DNA from: Guillardia theta CCMP2712
Taxonomy: Eukaryota > Protista > Cryptophyta
Direction of reading: 5' to 3'
DNA length: 63,561 nt
NCBI RefSeq assembly: GCF_000315625.1
Contig: NW_005434657.1
Location: forward strand, 182,355-245,915
The translations under genes and the position numbers were made by a program. Below, piece after piece: positions 1 through 11,940 of the stretch; the first letter of the stretch is position 1, and each line of letters opens with the position of its first letter. Below the pieces are notes generated by a model, which saw only the letters and a list, made by a program, of their open reading frames with translations, searched no databases and was not told the origin of the DNA.

Positions 1-2216
1 TCCGGCATGATGCGCGGGTACGCCATAGAGAACCTGCCATGGGGTGAGGTTGGGAAGGGAGGAGGAGGAGGAGGAGGAGGAGGAGGAGGAGGAGGAAGGG
101 ACGGAGAGAGAGGGGAAGGAATTCGACAGGGAGAGTAGACTAGACTAAACTAGACTAGAGTACAGTAGAGTAGAGTAGAGTAGAGTAGAGTAGAGCAGAC
201 TCGTGTGGTGTCGAGTCGAGTCGGGGAGGGGAGAGTAGAGTAGAGTAGAAGGGAGGAGAGATGGGAGAGGGGCAGGCAGGAGGAAGGAATCCTCCCTCCT
301 CCCTCACCTGCCCAGCAGTCTCTTCGCATTCGTCTGCAGCCTCCTCCTCCTCAGACCGCAGTTGAACGACTTCTTCCACTGACCGCTGTCGCCGTCAAAC
401 TTGTACATGTCCCCTGCCGAGCATGCTCGTCAGCCTCTGCTCCCCTCTCAGTCGCAACCCACCCGTCTGCGCATCGAGGAAGAGCTGGTCGTGTGCTGGC
501 CGCACTCGATTGAGGATCTCAACATTGCCCCCTGACATCCCCAATGTCACCATCATGACAAACACCACCCCGAAGACAAGAGCCAAGACATGGAGAGCAC
601 AATCATCGCCATCTCCCTCCCTCCCTCCCTCCCTCCCTCCCTCCCTCCCTCCCTCCCTCTCCTCCCTCCCTCCCCCCTCCCTCCCTCCTTCATCCATTTC
701 CCTCCTCCCCTACTTCCACCACCACCTCCTCTCCTCCATCACCCCGGTCTTCCACACCTTCAGGGTAAGAAGGATGAAGTCTGCCGATCTTCTCTACTAT
801 CCCTCTCGTGTTGATCGCACACAAGACGATCGCGGCAAAGGCTGAGGAGGCGAAGAAACATTTTCCAGTTTGCGCACACATCTGCATCAACCTGAAGACC
901 TGCGGGGAGTTCTGTCAACAAATACAAGGCTGGAAACAAACACGCAAGACAAGAAAACTTTGCATGATACATCTCCCTCTCCTCTCCTCTCCTCCCCTCC
1001 TCCTCCTCCTCCTCGCCCTTCCTCCCAGCACATCTCCAACACCCAATATCTCTTGCCTTGTCCACTTTCTGCGTCCACGGCCGCAGCTGAAGGTCACCGT
1101 CCACAAAGAAGAAATCTACTTTGTCAAACTGCCGAATCGCATCCACCTGCCCGCCCCCCGGTCATCGACCGCCGACACCCAACACCGCTGACTTCCAGCT
1201 GCCTGCTCACCTGCACGAAACCGTCCTTGTTCTCGTTCAGATAGTCTCCTGCATCCTCTCCATCAGCACGCGCCCTCTTCGCTCATCACAGGATCACCGA
1301 TGTCGTCGTACCGCCGCGTGTAGACGCTCTTCCCGTAAGGCCAGCTCAGGTCAAAGGCCTGGAGCACCGCAGGGTGTGAGGGGAAGGAGGAGGGGAGAGC
1401 TTGTTCTACCTTGAGCACTGAGTTGTAGAAGTTCTGGAAGCGCCTGCAGGTCATCAAGTCATCTTTCATGACAGCTTTCATAACTTTCATGTCAAATTTC
1501 ATAACTCTCATGTCAAGCAGTTCATGGTACCGATGACGTGCATGTCTGAACGTCTCACCTCCTGCTCTCGGGCGAGTCTCCGAACCCGTCGATCACCAGC
1601 ACGTGCATCTTTGTTCCGAGGGCTATAGCAACAATCTAGATCCTCCCCCAGATTGCTTCAGAGGAAATGCTCCAGGATGCAGTGAGAGTACAGTTCCTTC
1701 ACTTTCCCCCCACTTCCTGGTTTCAACTTCAGAACCGGAGACATCCGCATCCCTGTCTCAGGGAACAACCCAGTGTCTGGAGACAGCACAGATAAGGTGC
1801 TTTCTGCTGCACTAGGTCTTGACCGAGTATCATGCCAATCAGCCTCCTCGCTCTCATTCTTCTCCTCCCCCTTGTCAACCTCCTATTCGATCTGCTCGCC
1901 CTCTACCCTCAAATCGTTCATGCAAGCTACTGCACCTTCCTAGGATACTTTCCTGTTGCATCTAATCCAATTCTTCTCATCTCCTCACATCACAACATTC
2001 AATTTTGGTCCTGTACGCGCTCCTGCTCAAATTGTACCACTGCTTCGTGCTGCACTCGCACTTCCGATCTCTTGATCTGGACCTCATCGTCACACCCATC
2101 TTCGATCTGATCCCTCTCCTTCTCCTCCTGATCATATCACCCTGATCCTTCGCACGTTCCCCCTGCACCTGCTCCTTCTGCTCTTTCTGTTAAATCCTGC
2201 TCCATCTCCCCAGCAT
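1..2216 (-). CDS. Multi-exon hypothetical protein, running off the left edge
   Basis: Coding-like exons bounded by GT/AG on the minus strand, e.g. FQNFYNSVLKVEQALP...YDDIGDP, DAIRQFDKVDFFFVDGDLQLRPW, GDMYKFDGDSGQWKKSF, FSMAYPRIMP. No family recognised and the start is uncertain. Confidence 0.5.
135..250. repeat. (TAGAG/TAGAC)n pentanucleotide microsatellite, intronic
   Basis: Direct reading of the sequence. Confidence 0.85.
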
Positions 2217-2712
2217 GTTAGATCCGTTGGGTCCCGGTTGAAACAAACCTTTAAACCATAAAACTACATTAAAATTTATATTCTATAGTTTCAACACCCA
2301 ATGAAATACTCTCAACAATATTGCTGTATAAGAGCAAATTTATGTGGAATCAATATTCTCCCTAAGTTCCCAACTCTCGTTTATTGTAGCCCCCTGACCG
2401 ACATCACCCTTTGACCATCGCCTCCTAAACTCGATTATACCGGTACTTGATACGGGAAAAAGCACGGTAGGGGTACTAGTGTCACCCCTACCTAGTCCAT
2501 GTGAAATCAGGGGTGGAGTGGGTGATGGGGGCTATGGCAGGATCCTGGCGATGGCATGGGGAGGTGAGGGGGGAGGGAGGGGAGGGAGGGGAGGGAGGAC
2601 AAGGCACAGGATGAAGGAGAGGAGAGGAGAGATACAGGTTGAGCAAGAGCCTCAACTCATCTGAGCGTGTGGTGGTCTCATCGGTGCTTTCTTGACAGGA
2701 GGTGAGTTGACA

Positions 2713-4797
2713 TGAAGAGGAGGAGGACCAGCGTGACGCTCAAAGAACTTGTGAGAACATGCCGCCGATGGTAAGATGAAAAGTTGATATCACTAGATGT
2801 TAGCTGAGGACACTGTAGGGGTAGATCGGGGCCCTCTCTACTAATGGGGCGGAAGGTGAGGAGGGAGGGGCGGAAACTTCACGTGCGATTCGAGGCACGC
2901 GACGATGGAGGGAGAGCGAGGGATCGAGACAAGTTGCGCGACTTCGAGAAGTTTCTCTATCAAAACTTTGGCAATTCTCGCGTGTTTGTGCCCATGAAGA
3001 GTTTTGTCCTGAATTCGCTGAGGGCAACAGGCGTCATGTTGGTTCTGCCCGACAAACTGCTCTTCGCCATCGACGGTGAGCACGAGAATGACCCGACCGT
3101 CTTCTCCGTTGAGCCTCAGAAGGATTTTTCGAAAGTTTGTCTCGGATATGTCATGGGATCTGACAATTTGCCCGCCATGTCGGTGTGTATGAGGTCGTCG
3201 TGGAGGATTCCTGAAGAACTTCGAGAGTTTGGGAGCAACACTCGTTCCGAGCGATGCTGTGACAAGACGTCAATGTTGCGTCATCCTCACCTGCTGATCG
3301 TCTGGAGCTCCAAGAACTTTCAGTCTGAATTGCAAAGTTTTCTGGATGACAACGCGGAGGTGCGGATTGCTCGGGTGGCCGATGGGAATTGTCAGCGTCA
3401 AAGAATGGAAGCATGGTATCGAGCAAGCTCGCCTTTGCCGAGCACACGAGCGAGCTGCAGAGAAGCAGGTGGCGTGCAGGAGGAGGAAGTGATAGAGATC
3501 GACGACGACAGTGAGCATGAAGTGCAAGTTGAGAACAAGGACAACAAGAGGGTTCGACTGGTCTATCCTTCACGCAGTGCAAGGGAATCCGTCACTGTCA
3601 ATGAGACTGACGTGTTGACTTTGCGGGCACGGCAGTACCTCAACGACTCGATTATCGACTTCTATATGAAGTACGTCCAGCACGAGCTGAGCTCTCCAGT
3701 CCAGCAGTCGAGGTATCATGTCTTCGGCAGCTTCTTCTGGAAGCGCATGGAGCAGGAGAGCACCCTCGAGCAGAAGCATACCGCCGTCTGCCGCTGGTAC
3801 AAGTCCATCAACATCTTCGAGCGCGACTTCCTCTTCGTCCCAATCTGCCGGAGCTTGCACTGGACCGTCGCAGTTATCTGCTTCCCTTGCCCCGACAGCG
3901 CTCGTTGCCATCCGAGCCTGCGCGGGGAGAAAGAGGCACGTGACCAGGAGGGTGGAGCCGGGATCCGACAACGATGGAGTAAATATGAGCATACTTTGCT
4001 CTTCTTCGATCCTCTCGGTGGGATGTTGAGCGATGAGGTAAGGGGTGCTTGTCTGCTAGCCCGTCCGCCTTACTGCCTGCCTTACTGCCTCCCTCCCTGC
4101 CTTCCTGCCTCCCTCCCTGCCTTCCTGTCTGTCGTACTGCCAGTATTGATGCCTGCCTGTCTGCTATCTGTCTGGAACATGACAATGAAGGCCAGGGGAG
4201 CGTCTTGTCGGGATTCTTGTTCCACGAGTGGAATCGAAGAGAGGAAGCGCCTTGCTGCCTCCTGTTCCTCTTCCATGACGGGACCATGCAGGAAGCCTCA
4301 CGGGTCGACACCATCAGGGAGCTAAAACCGTACAACATCCCCGTGCCCACCCAGCGCAACTCTTACGACTGCGGTGAAGTGGAGGGAAAACTTGCCCTGC
4401 CCGTTGCTAACGTGGGTCAGGTCTTTTCATCATGGAGTACGTGAGAAAGTTCGTGGAGGACTTTGTTGCAGTCTCAGACGGTCCTTTGCCCCCCCTTCTT
4501 CGAATCTCTTTGCTTCCTCAATTTCTTCGCTCCTCTGGATTGTTCTCCTGCTCCTCTCTCATTCCCTCCCTCGTTGATCCTCTAGTCCTCCTCTTGACCT
4601 CGGTGATCGCAGAGACTTGCTCAGATGCTTACGTCAAGTTCTTCAAGTGGGGCAAGAACCCAGGGTCATGGTTCAGGTAATATGCCCAGAGCGTTGCTTC
4701 ATGACGTGCGTTCGGCAGTTCGGACAACCTGTCAGAAACTCGAAGACAACAAGTGAGGAGTCTGATTTTGAAGTTGAATAAACGACACAAGAAATGA
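2713..4797 (+). CDS. Ulp1/SENP-family SUMO protease (peptidase C48), multi-exon
   Basis: LVYP...DVLTL...YLNDSIIDFYMKY, HVFGSFFW, INIFERDFLFVPI..LHWTVAVI (His), LLFFDPL (Asp), VPTQRNSYDCG|VFIMEY (Gln/Cys). Start is approximate. Confidence 0.9.
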
Positions 4798-4908
4798 CAA
4801 CGGACATGTTCAATCAAGAAGTTTATTGCTGGTGCTACACAAGTCAATAAGCAACTCATTAATGTTACATGTAAACAACAATGCGATGTTACATGCACCA
4901 TCCCTGCT

Positions 4909-6198
4909 TCACTTGCTCCATTCGCCACTGTCGGACTTGTGGAGAGGAGGAGCCCTTAGGAGAGGGGGAGGGGGAGCGACGTACTGAGCTGTCTTCGACA
5001 CGTAGTTGCACATCTGCACTACATAATCCTTGGTGCCAAACTCGTTGAAGGTCCTTCCAGCAAGGTCGTATCCGTCCAGGGAGGCCGGGCAGACAGGACC
5101 AGCGATGCCAATGCGCGAATCTGCGTCCACATGCTCCACCGTCGTGAACTTGGCAGGACGGAAGACCTCGAGCACGCGAGCGATCAAGTGGTGGTAGCTG
5201 TCGCACGAGAAGTTGGTCTCGAAGGAGGCGTATGAGCAATGTGCCTCCGGGGTGATGTGAATCGTCCAGTACGAGCTGCCATCGGCCGCCTGCCCATTCA
5301 TCGAGTATCCACATGGCTCGAAGAGATGCGAGTGCACCACTTTGCCATCATGCTCCAACAGCGAAGAGATACCGCTGCGATCCGAGGCTTCGTCCCCAGT
5401 TGCACAAAACTCGCTTTGGTTGCCGAGCTCCTTCGTCTGTTCCTTCTCGACGTTGTTGGAGTCTGCAGAAAAATCTTCGAAGATGGAGGGGATGATCAAA
5501 GGATCTGCCTTCATGAAGTACTGTGCCACTTGGGGGTCGATTCCGTACATGTAGATGTTGAGCATCTGATCGCGATCAACGATCTTCCTGCTGCCGTCCG
5601 GGGTCTCTCGGCGGATGAAATCAGCAACAAAGAGGTACCAGTGATCGGAGCTGAGAGGGCCCATGATGAAGGGCCTTCCAGTAGGAAAATACTCGTGAAG
5701 GAAGTGAACTTCTTGGTCGAAGGATGTATGAGGGAAGCTCTGCTGTTCCGGGAACAAGAAGTTCTTGCGGGAGTACTGGAACCAGCAGACCTCGAGGCCT
5801 ACGTCAGCGCCGGCCTTCATGATGGCTGGAAGAGTCTTCAACAGCAAGGTGGTGCCACAAGTCAAGATGATCACTCTGTCGTTATAGACGAAGAGGGAGG
5901 ACTCGGAGATCAGGTAAGCGTCAAACTTCTCCTGGGGATCCGCCAGAAGGATAGTTCCATTGAGGATGGCCACAATGTCCGACCAGAACTCTCTGTTGTA
6001 TTGACGGAGGCCTCCGTTAATGTCGATGGTGTCAGTATCTCCACCATCCTGCAAGAATGTTAGATGGATTCCAACTCAAAAGAGAGAAAAACATACAATG
6101 GGCCTGAAGTCAATCTCCATTTTCTTCTCGGACCCTTCGAAGCAGAACAACTGGTTGGTCTCGATGATCTCGGGCATGTTGTTGAATTGGGATGGCAT
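4909..6198 (-). CDS. AMD1: S-adenosylmethionine decarboxylase proenzyme (eukaryotic class)
   Basis: Exon 1 MPSQFNN...FEGSEKKMEIDFRPI, intron GTATGT..TTGCAG, then AYLISE/SSLFV autocleavage site, ILTCGTT, QSFPHTSFDQEV, FEPCGYSMNG, TIHITPEAHCSYASFETN. Confidence 0.97.
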
Positions 6199-6860
6199 GT
6201 AAGTTTGAGGGGGAGGAAAGGGTTCTCTAAAAACAATGGCAATGAAAGATCAATAAAAAACCGCCCAACCTGGTCAAAAGAGTCAGTACAGGAGCACTGT
6301 AAGAGCAGGCAACTTCACCTATGCTAGGGAGGGCGGATGTAATGTCGGTTGAGCGGAGCCGTCGAAATCAGAAAGGCTCCAGCAACACTTCAACAATAGC
6401 CCTGGAAACAAAACTCATATGAGAATCCTCACAAGAACTCATCTGTGCGGCATACCTCACTCGGTGAGATGGCTATTGCCTGCTTGCTGGAAAATTTGCA
6501 AGTAGGACGAGGGGTATGAAAGAACGAGGCTCCTGGAAGAGCGAAGGCTCTGCGTGAAAATGGTAAGAATCAAACATCTTCGAATCCTTTCATCCTATCT
6601 TCCTCATGTCTCGTTCAAATACGGATCCCATCTTGTCCTGACTGACCTACGATTACACCAGTTCCTCTCTACCTATCCCCACACCCCAAGGGTGTACCCA
6701 ACTCTTCTGTACTCCGTTCTTCTCTCCTCCATGTCTCTCTACTCCTTCCTGCAAGAAAGTGTTTCTCTCTCTCTGTCTCTCTCTCTCGCATTCTAGCTCA
6801 TCCCTTCCCCCTCTCCCCGTCGCTTACATGGCCGATCTTCTTTCGCTTCCGCGCGTGTGT
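6199..6860 (-). promoter_or_regulatory. Putative spliced 5' leader of AdoMetDC with candidate uORFs
   Basis: Intron-like segments 6270-6318 (GTGAAG..TACTGAC..CAG), 6402-6455 (GTATG..TTTCCAG) and a donor GTAAGC at 6827. An ATG at 6829 overlaps that donor. Confidence 0.45.
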
Positions 6861-9135
6861 TGTTAAAAAAAAGTTCAGATTTGCAAATCTCAAGTGAAAA
6901 TTCAAAACAGTTTTCCCAAATTTATGGTGCCACCCCACTGACTGCTCGGATTCGGCACCTATACCCCACCTCTATCTTAAAAGTACCCTATTTATTCAAT
7001 GATTTATAGGACTTATCACCGGTGTTATTTTCACCTTACCCTACCTTGTCTCCCACCCACCATGAGGTGAGCGAATTTTGGAGTATTGTGAAATTTTCAA
7101 CTTACAACCTCAAAAACTCCTTTAGATGGTTTGGTACCCCCACCCTTTAAAGACACCCTCATTATTACTTCCACCCCTACTGAATATTCACTACCCCTTG
7201 TTTCCATTACATATAACCCCTATCTACAACATGAGGGTACCCCACCCTGTCCTTTACCTTCTAAACCTCTTCATCCACCCTCTACTTTTCAATTTTATGA
7301 TTCGATCTAGAACCTCCCACCACCCCTCTCAATCGTTCTATTACCACCCCGTCGGAAGCATGCTTACGGTACCCCACCTCCAAGCTACACTTTTGACCAC
7401 CTTTGATTTGACCCAAGCTTCTATCCACAAGAGGGGGTGATTCAAAGTACACTACCCCTCCTTTCCTCGCCACCCTTTGCGACTGCCTTATTTTCTACCC
7501 ACCTCCCTTTGTGATGCGCCCGACCACCTACCTAGGACCAGTCCTAGCACAAACACCCCCAATAGCACCCACCCATTCGTATCACAATATGACTTGCTAC
7601 AGGCACAAAGTACCCTTCTATTAAAATCGGATGAAAGCACCCCCTCCCCTTTTTTCCCGATCGTACCCCTACCTTGTTATTTCGCACCCCTTTGGATTTC
7701 AACTTCGTACCTGTGCAAAGTACCCGTTTTGTATATTCCCACCCTGGTGTAGGGCAACAGGACCCCTTATTAAGTACCCCCTACCACTCCTTTGAGGAAG
7801 TCCTACATCGAATTGGAGGCCGGTGGGAGGCCATCATTCAGGGGTAGTATGTGAGATTAGCCTGTTTGTTTCCCAGGGTGGGGTGGGCAAGAAATGGTAG
7901 GGTACTCAGAAGAATTGAGCGAGTGAGGGTTCCTCACGTATGAAAACTTGGGGTAGTACCACTTCATCGAGAAAAGGAAATGAAGGTGGGTCCTCCAAAT
8001 TGGGGGTGGTTATCTTACACCCCACCCCCTCGATGTTGGTCAGGTGCATCCTGATGGGTGCATTTCGCCCTTTGGAGGTCGGGAGGGGGTGCTGAAAGTC
8101 ATGGGGTCAGGTGACCCACATGACCCTCACCATGTACCGGTGGTTGAATGGGTCGAAAAAATAGGCAAGGGATTTGACAAGGTCATGGATGGAGCGGAGA
8201 GGGGTAGGGTAGAAAAGTTGCAAGTCGCAGCCTGGGTATACGCGAAGGGGGTGGGTGGGGGATCCGGAGATACGGGATTGTATCTAGCTAGCAAGAGGTC
8301 TGACGGGACTCCGTAGCAAGGGGTAGCTTTACACGAGAGGAGATTAGGGGGGTAGGGGTAGGGGTAGGGGTTGGCGAGAAATGCGGTATGAGCAGAAACG
8401 GCTACGTTACAGAAATGCAGAAGAGACATGACGTGAAACGCATGTAACGACAAATTCTCGTTACGTTGAATAACGGTCCGAACGGACCAACGGCCGGGCT
8501 GCCGGGACGGGACTATGGCGAGCGGCGACTTGGCCGAGCAGAGAGGGAGGGGAAGGAGGGCGAAGAAGAAGCGATGATGAGACGAGGGTAGCTGAGGTCC
8601 GAACAGCTGAGACGAGACCAGGGGAGAGGCGAGGCGGAGGATCTAGGTTCATAGTATGATAGTATGCGGGGCTGATGATAGAACGAACTTGAGGAGTGGA
8701 GTGCAGGTACAAGATGTTGCTGGCTACCTGAGGGAATGGGCTATGAGGGTGTCGAGCAACCGATAGAGGCAGAAGGATGAGAAGGCTGTTGGTAAGAGCA
8801 TGTGATGCCGGTTGTAGTCTAGGTACGTCAGTCCATGTCCTGGGATGAAGAGAACGGCACACCAGGCAACCTGGGTGCGCCATGAGGAGGGGGGGGGAGG
8901 AAGCCAAGTGATGAGACAGGATGGGAAGATGGTGTGAGGAAGGTCACTGACTCACTCCATGGGCAGATCTCCTGCAGCAACCTTGCGCATCGGTGAGATC
9001 GGATGAGAGAAGAACTTGCTGTGCAGTCAGCTGCGAATTGGATATGATGCAGCGGGGGTGCGAGCAGCTGAGGCCTCGATGGTGGCGTTGGAGAGGTCGG
9101 TGTGAGTGAAGAGAGCAGGGCGAGGGGCTCGAGGA

Positions 9136-11443
9136 TGACGTTCCTTCCCTCCCTCATGGACTACTCGCATGTCGACAAGACTCTCGGGCAGGCTAAGATC
9201 CCCGAGGACCTCCTGTGGAGGATCAGGTCAGTCGACACCTTCACCTCCTATGACTTCCAGCTGGACGGAGTGAAGGCCGTCATGGAGGATGGTTCTCACG
9301 CTGAGAACCCGGAGCCAGAGCAGCCCACGTTCGAGTGGAGGAGGTTTGCGACCCCCTCGGTGGGGCTCAGGTGGAAGAAGGTGAGGAGAGTGGAGGGGAG
9401 AGGGTGAGGTGCGATGACATGGTGTCCTCCTACCTGTACCCCTGCAGGTTCCCCTGCTGGATCCCTCGGAAGCTTACTACCACGAGCTCGACCCTGACAC
9501 CGTGAACATGCAGAAGCGGCTGACGATGAGGTGATGGCTGTCCGGGCTCGAGGGATCTCAGGTGCTGACATTGAGGGGGGGGGGGCCGGCAGAGCGTTCA
9601 AGGCGTACGGGGGGAGCGAGTTTCTGCAGGAAGAAGAGTTTCTGGTGTCAGACTCGAAGAAGCAGTCGATTCAGACGACTGCAGCTGAGAGGACGAGAGT
9701 GCCCAGGGAGTTCTCAGAGAAGGTGGAGGCGGTGAAGGAGATCCAGGCCTTGGTCAGGTGCGTCGTCAACCCTCCTCGTCCTCCCGAGCTCGCTCTCATC
9801 TGCTGCTGCTGTCCTTCAGGAGGTTCTTCTTGCTGCAGCTCTACCCCTGGTACTACATGGCTCGCCTCTCCCTCTATGCTCCCGTCGCGTCGACGCACAA
9901 GCGCATGAGCAGGTTGGAGCGGCAGTCGCACATGATCGCAAGTCAGAGCATCTCGTCCAACATCTCCATCCTGCCATGGTGAGAGAGGCGAACTTCCAGC
10001 TGAGCTGCGAGCTGAGGGAGGACAGGTGTATGTGCTGGAAGACCCTCGAGCCACAGTTCCACCTCGACAAGTCGAGCACGAGGCAGATGCGGAGGATCCT
10101 TCAAGACTTTTCAGCGGTGAACGTACGTCCTCCTGCTCTGCCCCTCTCAAGTTTCCCTCCAGGGCCACTACGAAGACTGTCTTCGAAGGGTCGACAACCT
10201 GATCCTGCGGCAACGGAGCGGCGCGCAGGACGAGAAGTGCCTAATCGAGCTGTCGGCTCTCTGCAACCGGTTCGGCATGTCTCTGTTCACGAGGGACGAG
10301 TTCGAGCGCGCACACGCGTTCTTCTCCAGGGTCCTGGACATGACCAACATCAAGAACAACTCCATGTACGCCGCCTCCTGCTCGCCTTGTGAAGCCTCGC
10401 TCATCCCCTCCCCCTCCGCAGAAAGTTCTCAGCCAAGTCAGAGATCTACGCTTGGACCTGCGACCTCGTCGCGTATTGCCTGTGGTGCCAGGAGAAGCAC
10501 GAGGTTCCTCGTCCTCGTCCTCGTCCTCATTCTCTGTCTCCGTGCTCTCTCCTACTCCTTCCCCCTTGCTGCGACGACGCTGACGTAGACCCCAGCAAGC
10601 GCTCTGGACGGTCTCGAGGGTCTCTCAGCAGGACATCCCCTTCAACGTCCGGGTGGTCAACCAGCTGCACGTGACCCAGCTCGCGCTCAAAGTCAACAAG
10701 ACAGGCAGAGGCGGCAGGGGAGGAGGAGAGACGCTCTGACGGCAGCCGCAGACATCGCCATCAAGTTGGGCTCCCGCGTCCTCATCGACCTCATGAAGTC
10801 AAAGTTCGACCACAAGGTCCTCGCGCGTAGGAGCGGCAGCCCGAGGAGCAGGGAGGCAAAGGTTCCTCCTCCTCCTCCTCCTCCTCCTCCTCCTCCTCCT
10901 CTTCCTCCTGCTCCTGCTCCTGCTCCTCCTCCGCCGCCATCCTTTGCCATCCTCCCCTCCTGCTCCTCCTCTTCACCTGACCCTCTGACAAGGCTCGCCA
11001 GGAGATCTTGCAGATAGTGGACCGGAAGGACGAAGCACAGGAGCCGAGCTCGCCCTCCTACGATGACCTGCTGGCCCATCAATCGCAGACGCTCTGCTTC
11101 GCGCTCGTCAAGGCTGGGAGGTGAGGACGGGGAGAGGTCGAGCCGCAGGGAGCTGAGGTGAGGGCCAGGCCGCAAGACGCCATCATCATCTCCAACGCGC
11201 TGAGGAGGAAGATGGAGGAAGGTGGGGATGTCAGCCCTGACATCGTCCGATGCAACCAAGAGTTTGTCAGCTGGGCGGAGGAGTATGAGGAAAGGAAGCA
11301 GGCGGCGGAGAGGAGCCATGCTGCCGCTCTCTCTCCTGGCTCTCGCTCCCGCTGGAGCTTGCGCGATCAACCTTGTTTCGAGCAGACCTCCAGCCGTTCG
11401 CCGTCGGGGACGAGCGAAAGAAGTTACAGCCAAGCGATCCTAA
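9136..11443 (+). CDS. Multi-exon hypothetical protein with a possible TPR-like helical region
   Basis: Consecutive coding exons, e.g. MDYSHVDKTLG...FEWRRF, RFFLLQLYPWYYM, LCNRFGMSLFTRDEFERAHAFFSRVL (TPR-like), IISNALRRKMEE. Confidence 0.55.
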
Positions 11444-11940
11444 GGTGAAGTTGGGAGAGGAGGAGGAAGAGGAGAGGAGGAGAGGAGGAGACAAGCAGGG
11501 GTGCGGGGAAGAGGCGGAGGACGAACTCAACGAGGGAGCAGGTCCACGCAGAAGCTCGGGAGGAGGGGGTTGTCACATGAGGAGTGCGGGCAACTGATGA
11601 AGCCGGACGACTACTTCATAGCAGCAGGAGCAGCTCAGTTCGAGCCGGGGAAGGAGATGTCATGGGCAGGGGTAAGAGCGAGAGAGTAACATGCTCGTGT
11701 TGCCTTACGAACCGCTGCAGAACTTCTTCGGAGACACTTACTGGCAGAGACATTCCTCCCTCCGTCCCTCTAAGGAGTATGAACGGAACAACTCCAACCT
11801 CCTCCTCACAAGGCCTCCCTTCAAGTAAAAACGTTTCCCAGCTTTTGTTCCTACTCCTACTCCCTCCTCTCCCCATTCCCTCTTCTCCCTCCTCCTCTTC
11901 TCCCTCCTCTTGAAGACTTTTGGCGAGCCGCCAGTTGGCT

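Noticed and set aside
5239-6063. 274-aa plus-strand ORF
   Set aside because: Antisense shadow of the GC3-rich AdoMetDC exon
6385-6401. Antizyme-like +1 frameshift or Sec codon at TAT-TGT-TGA in the AdoMetDC leader
   Set aside because: No AUG-initiated upstream frame could be established and no stimulatory structure or SECIS was seen
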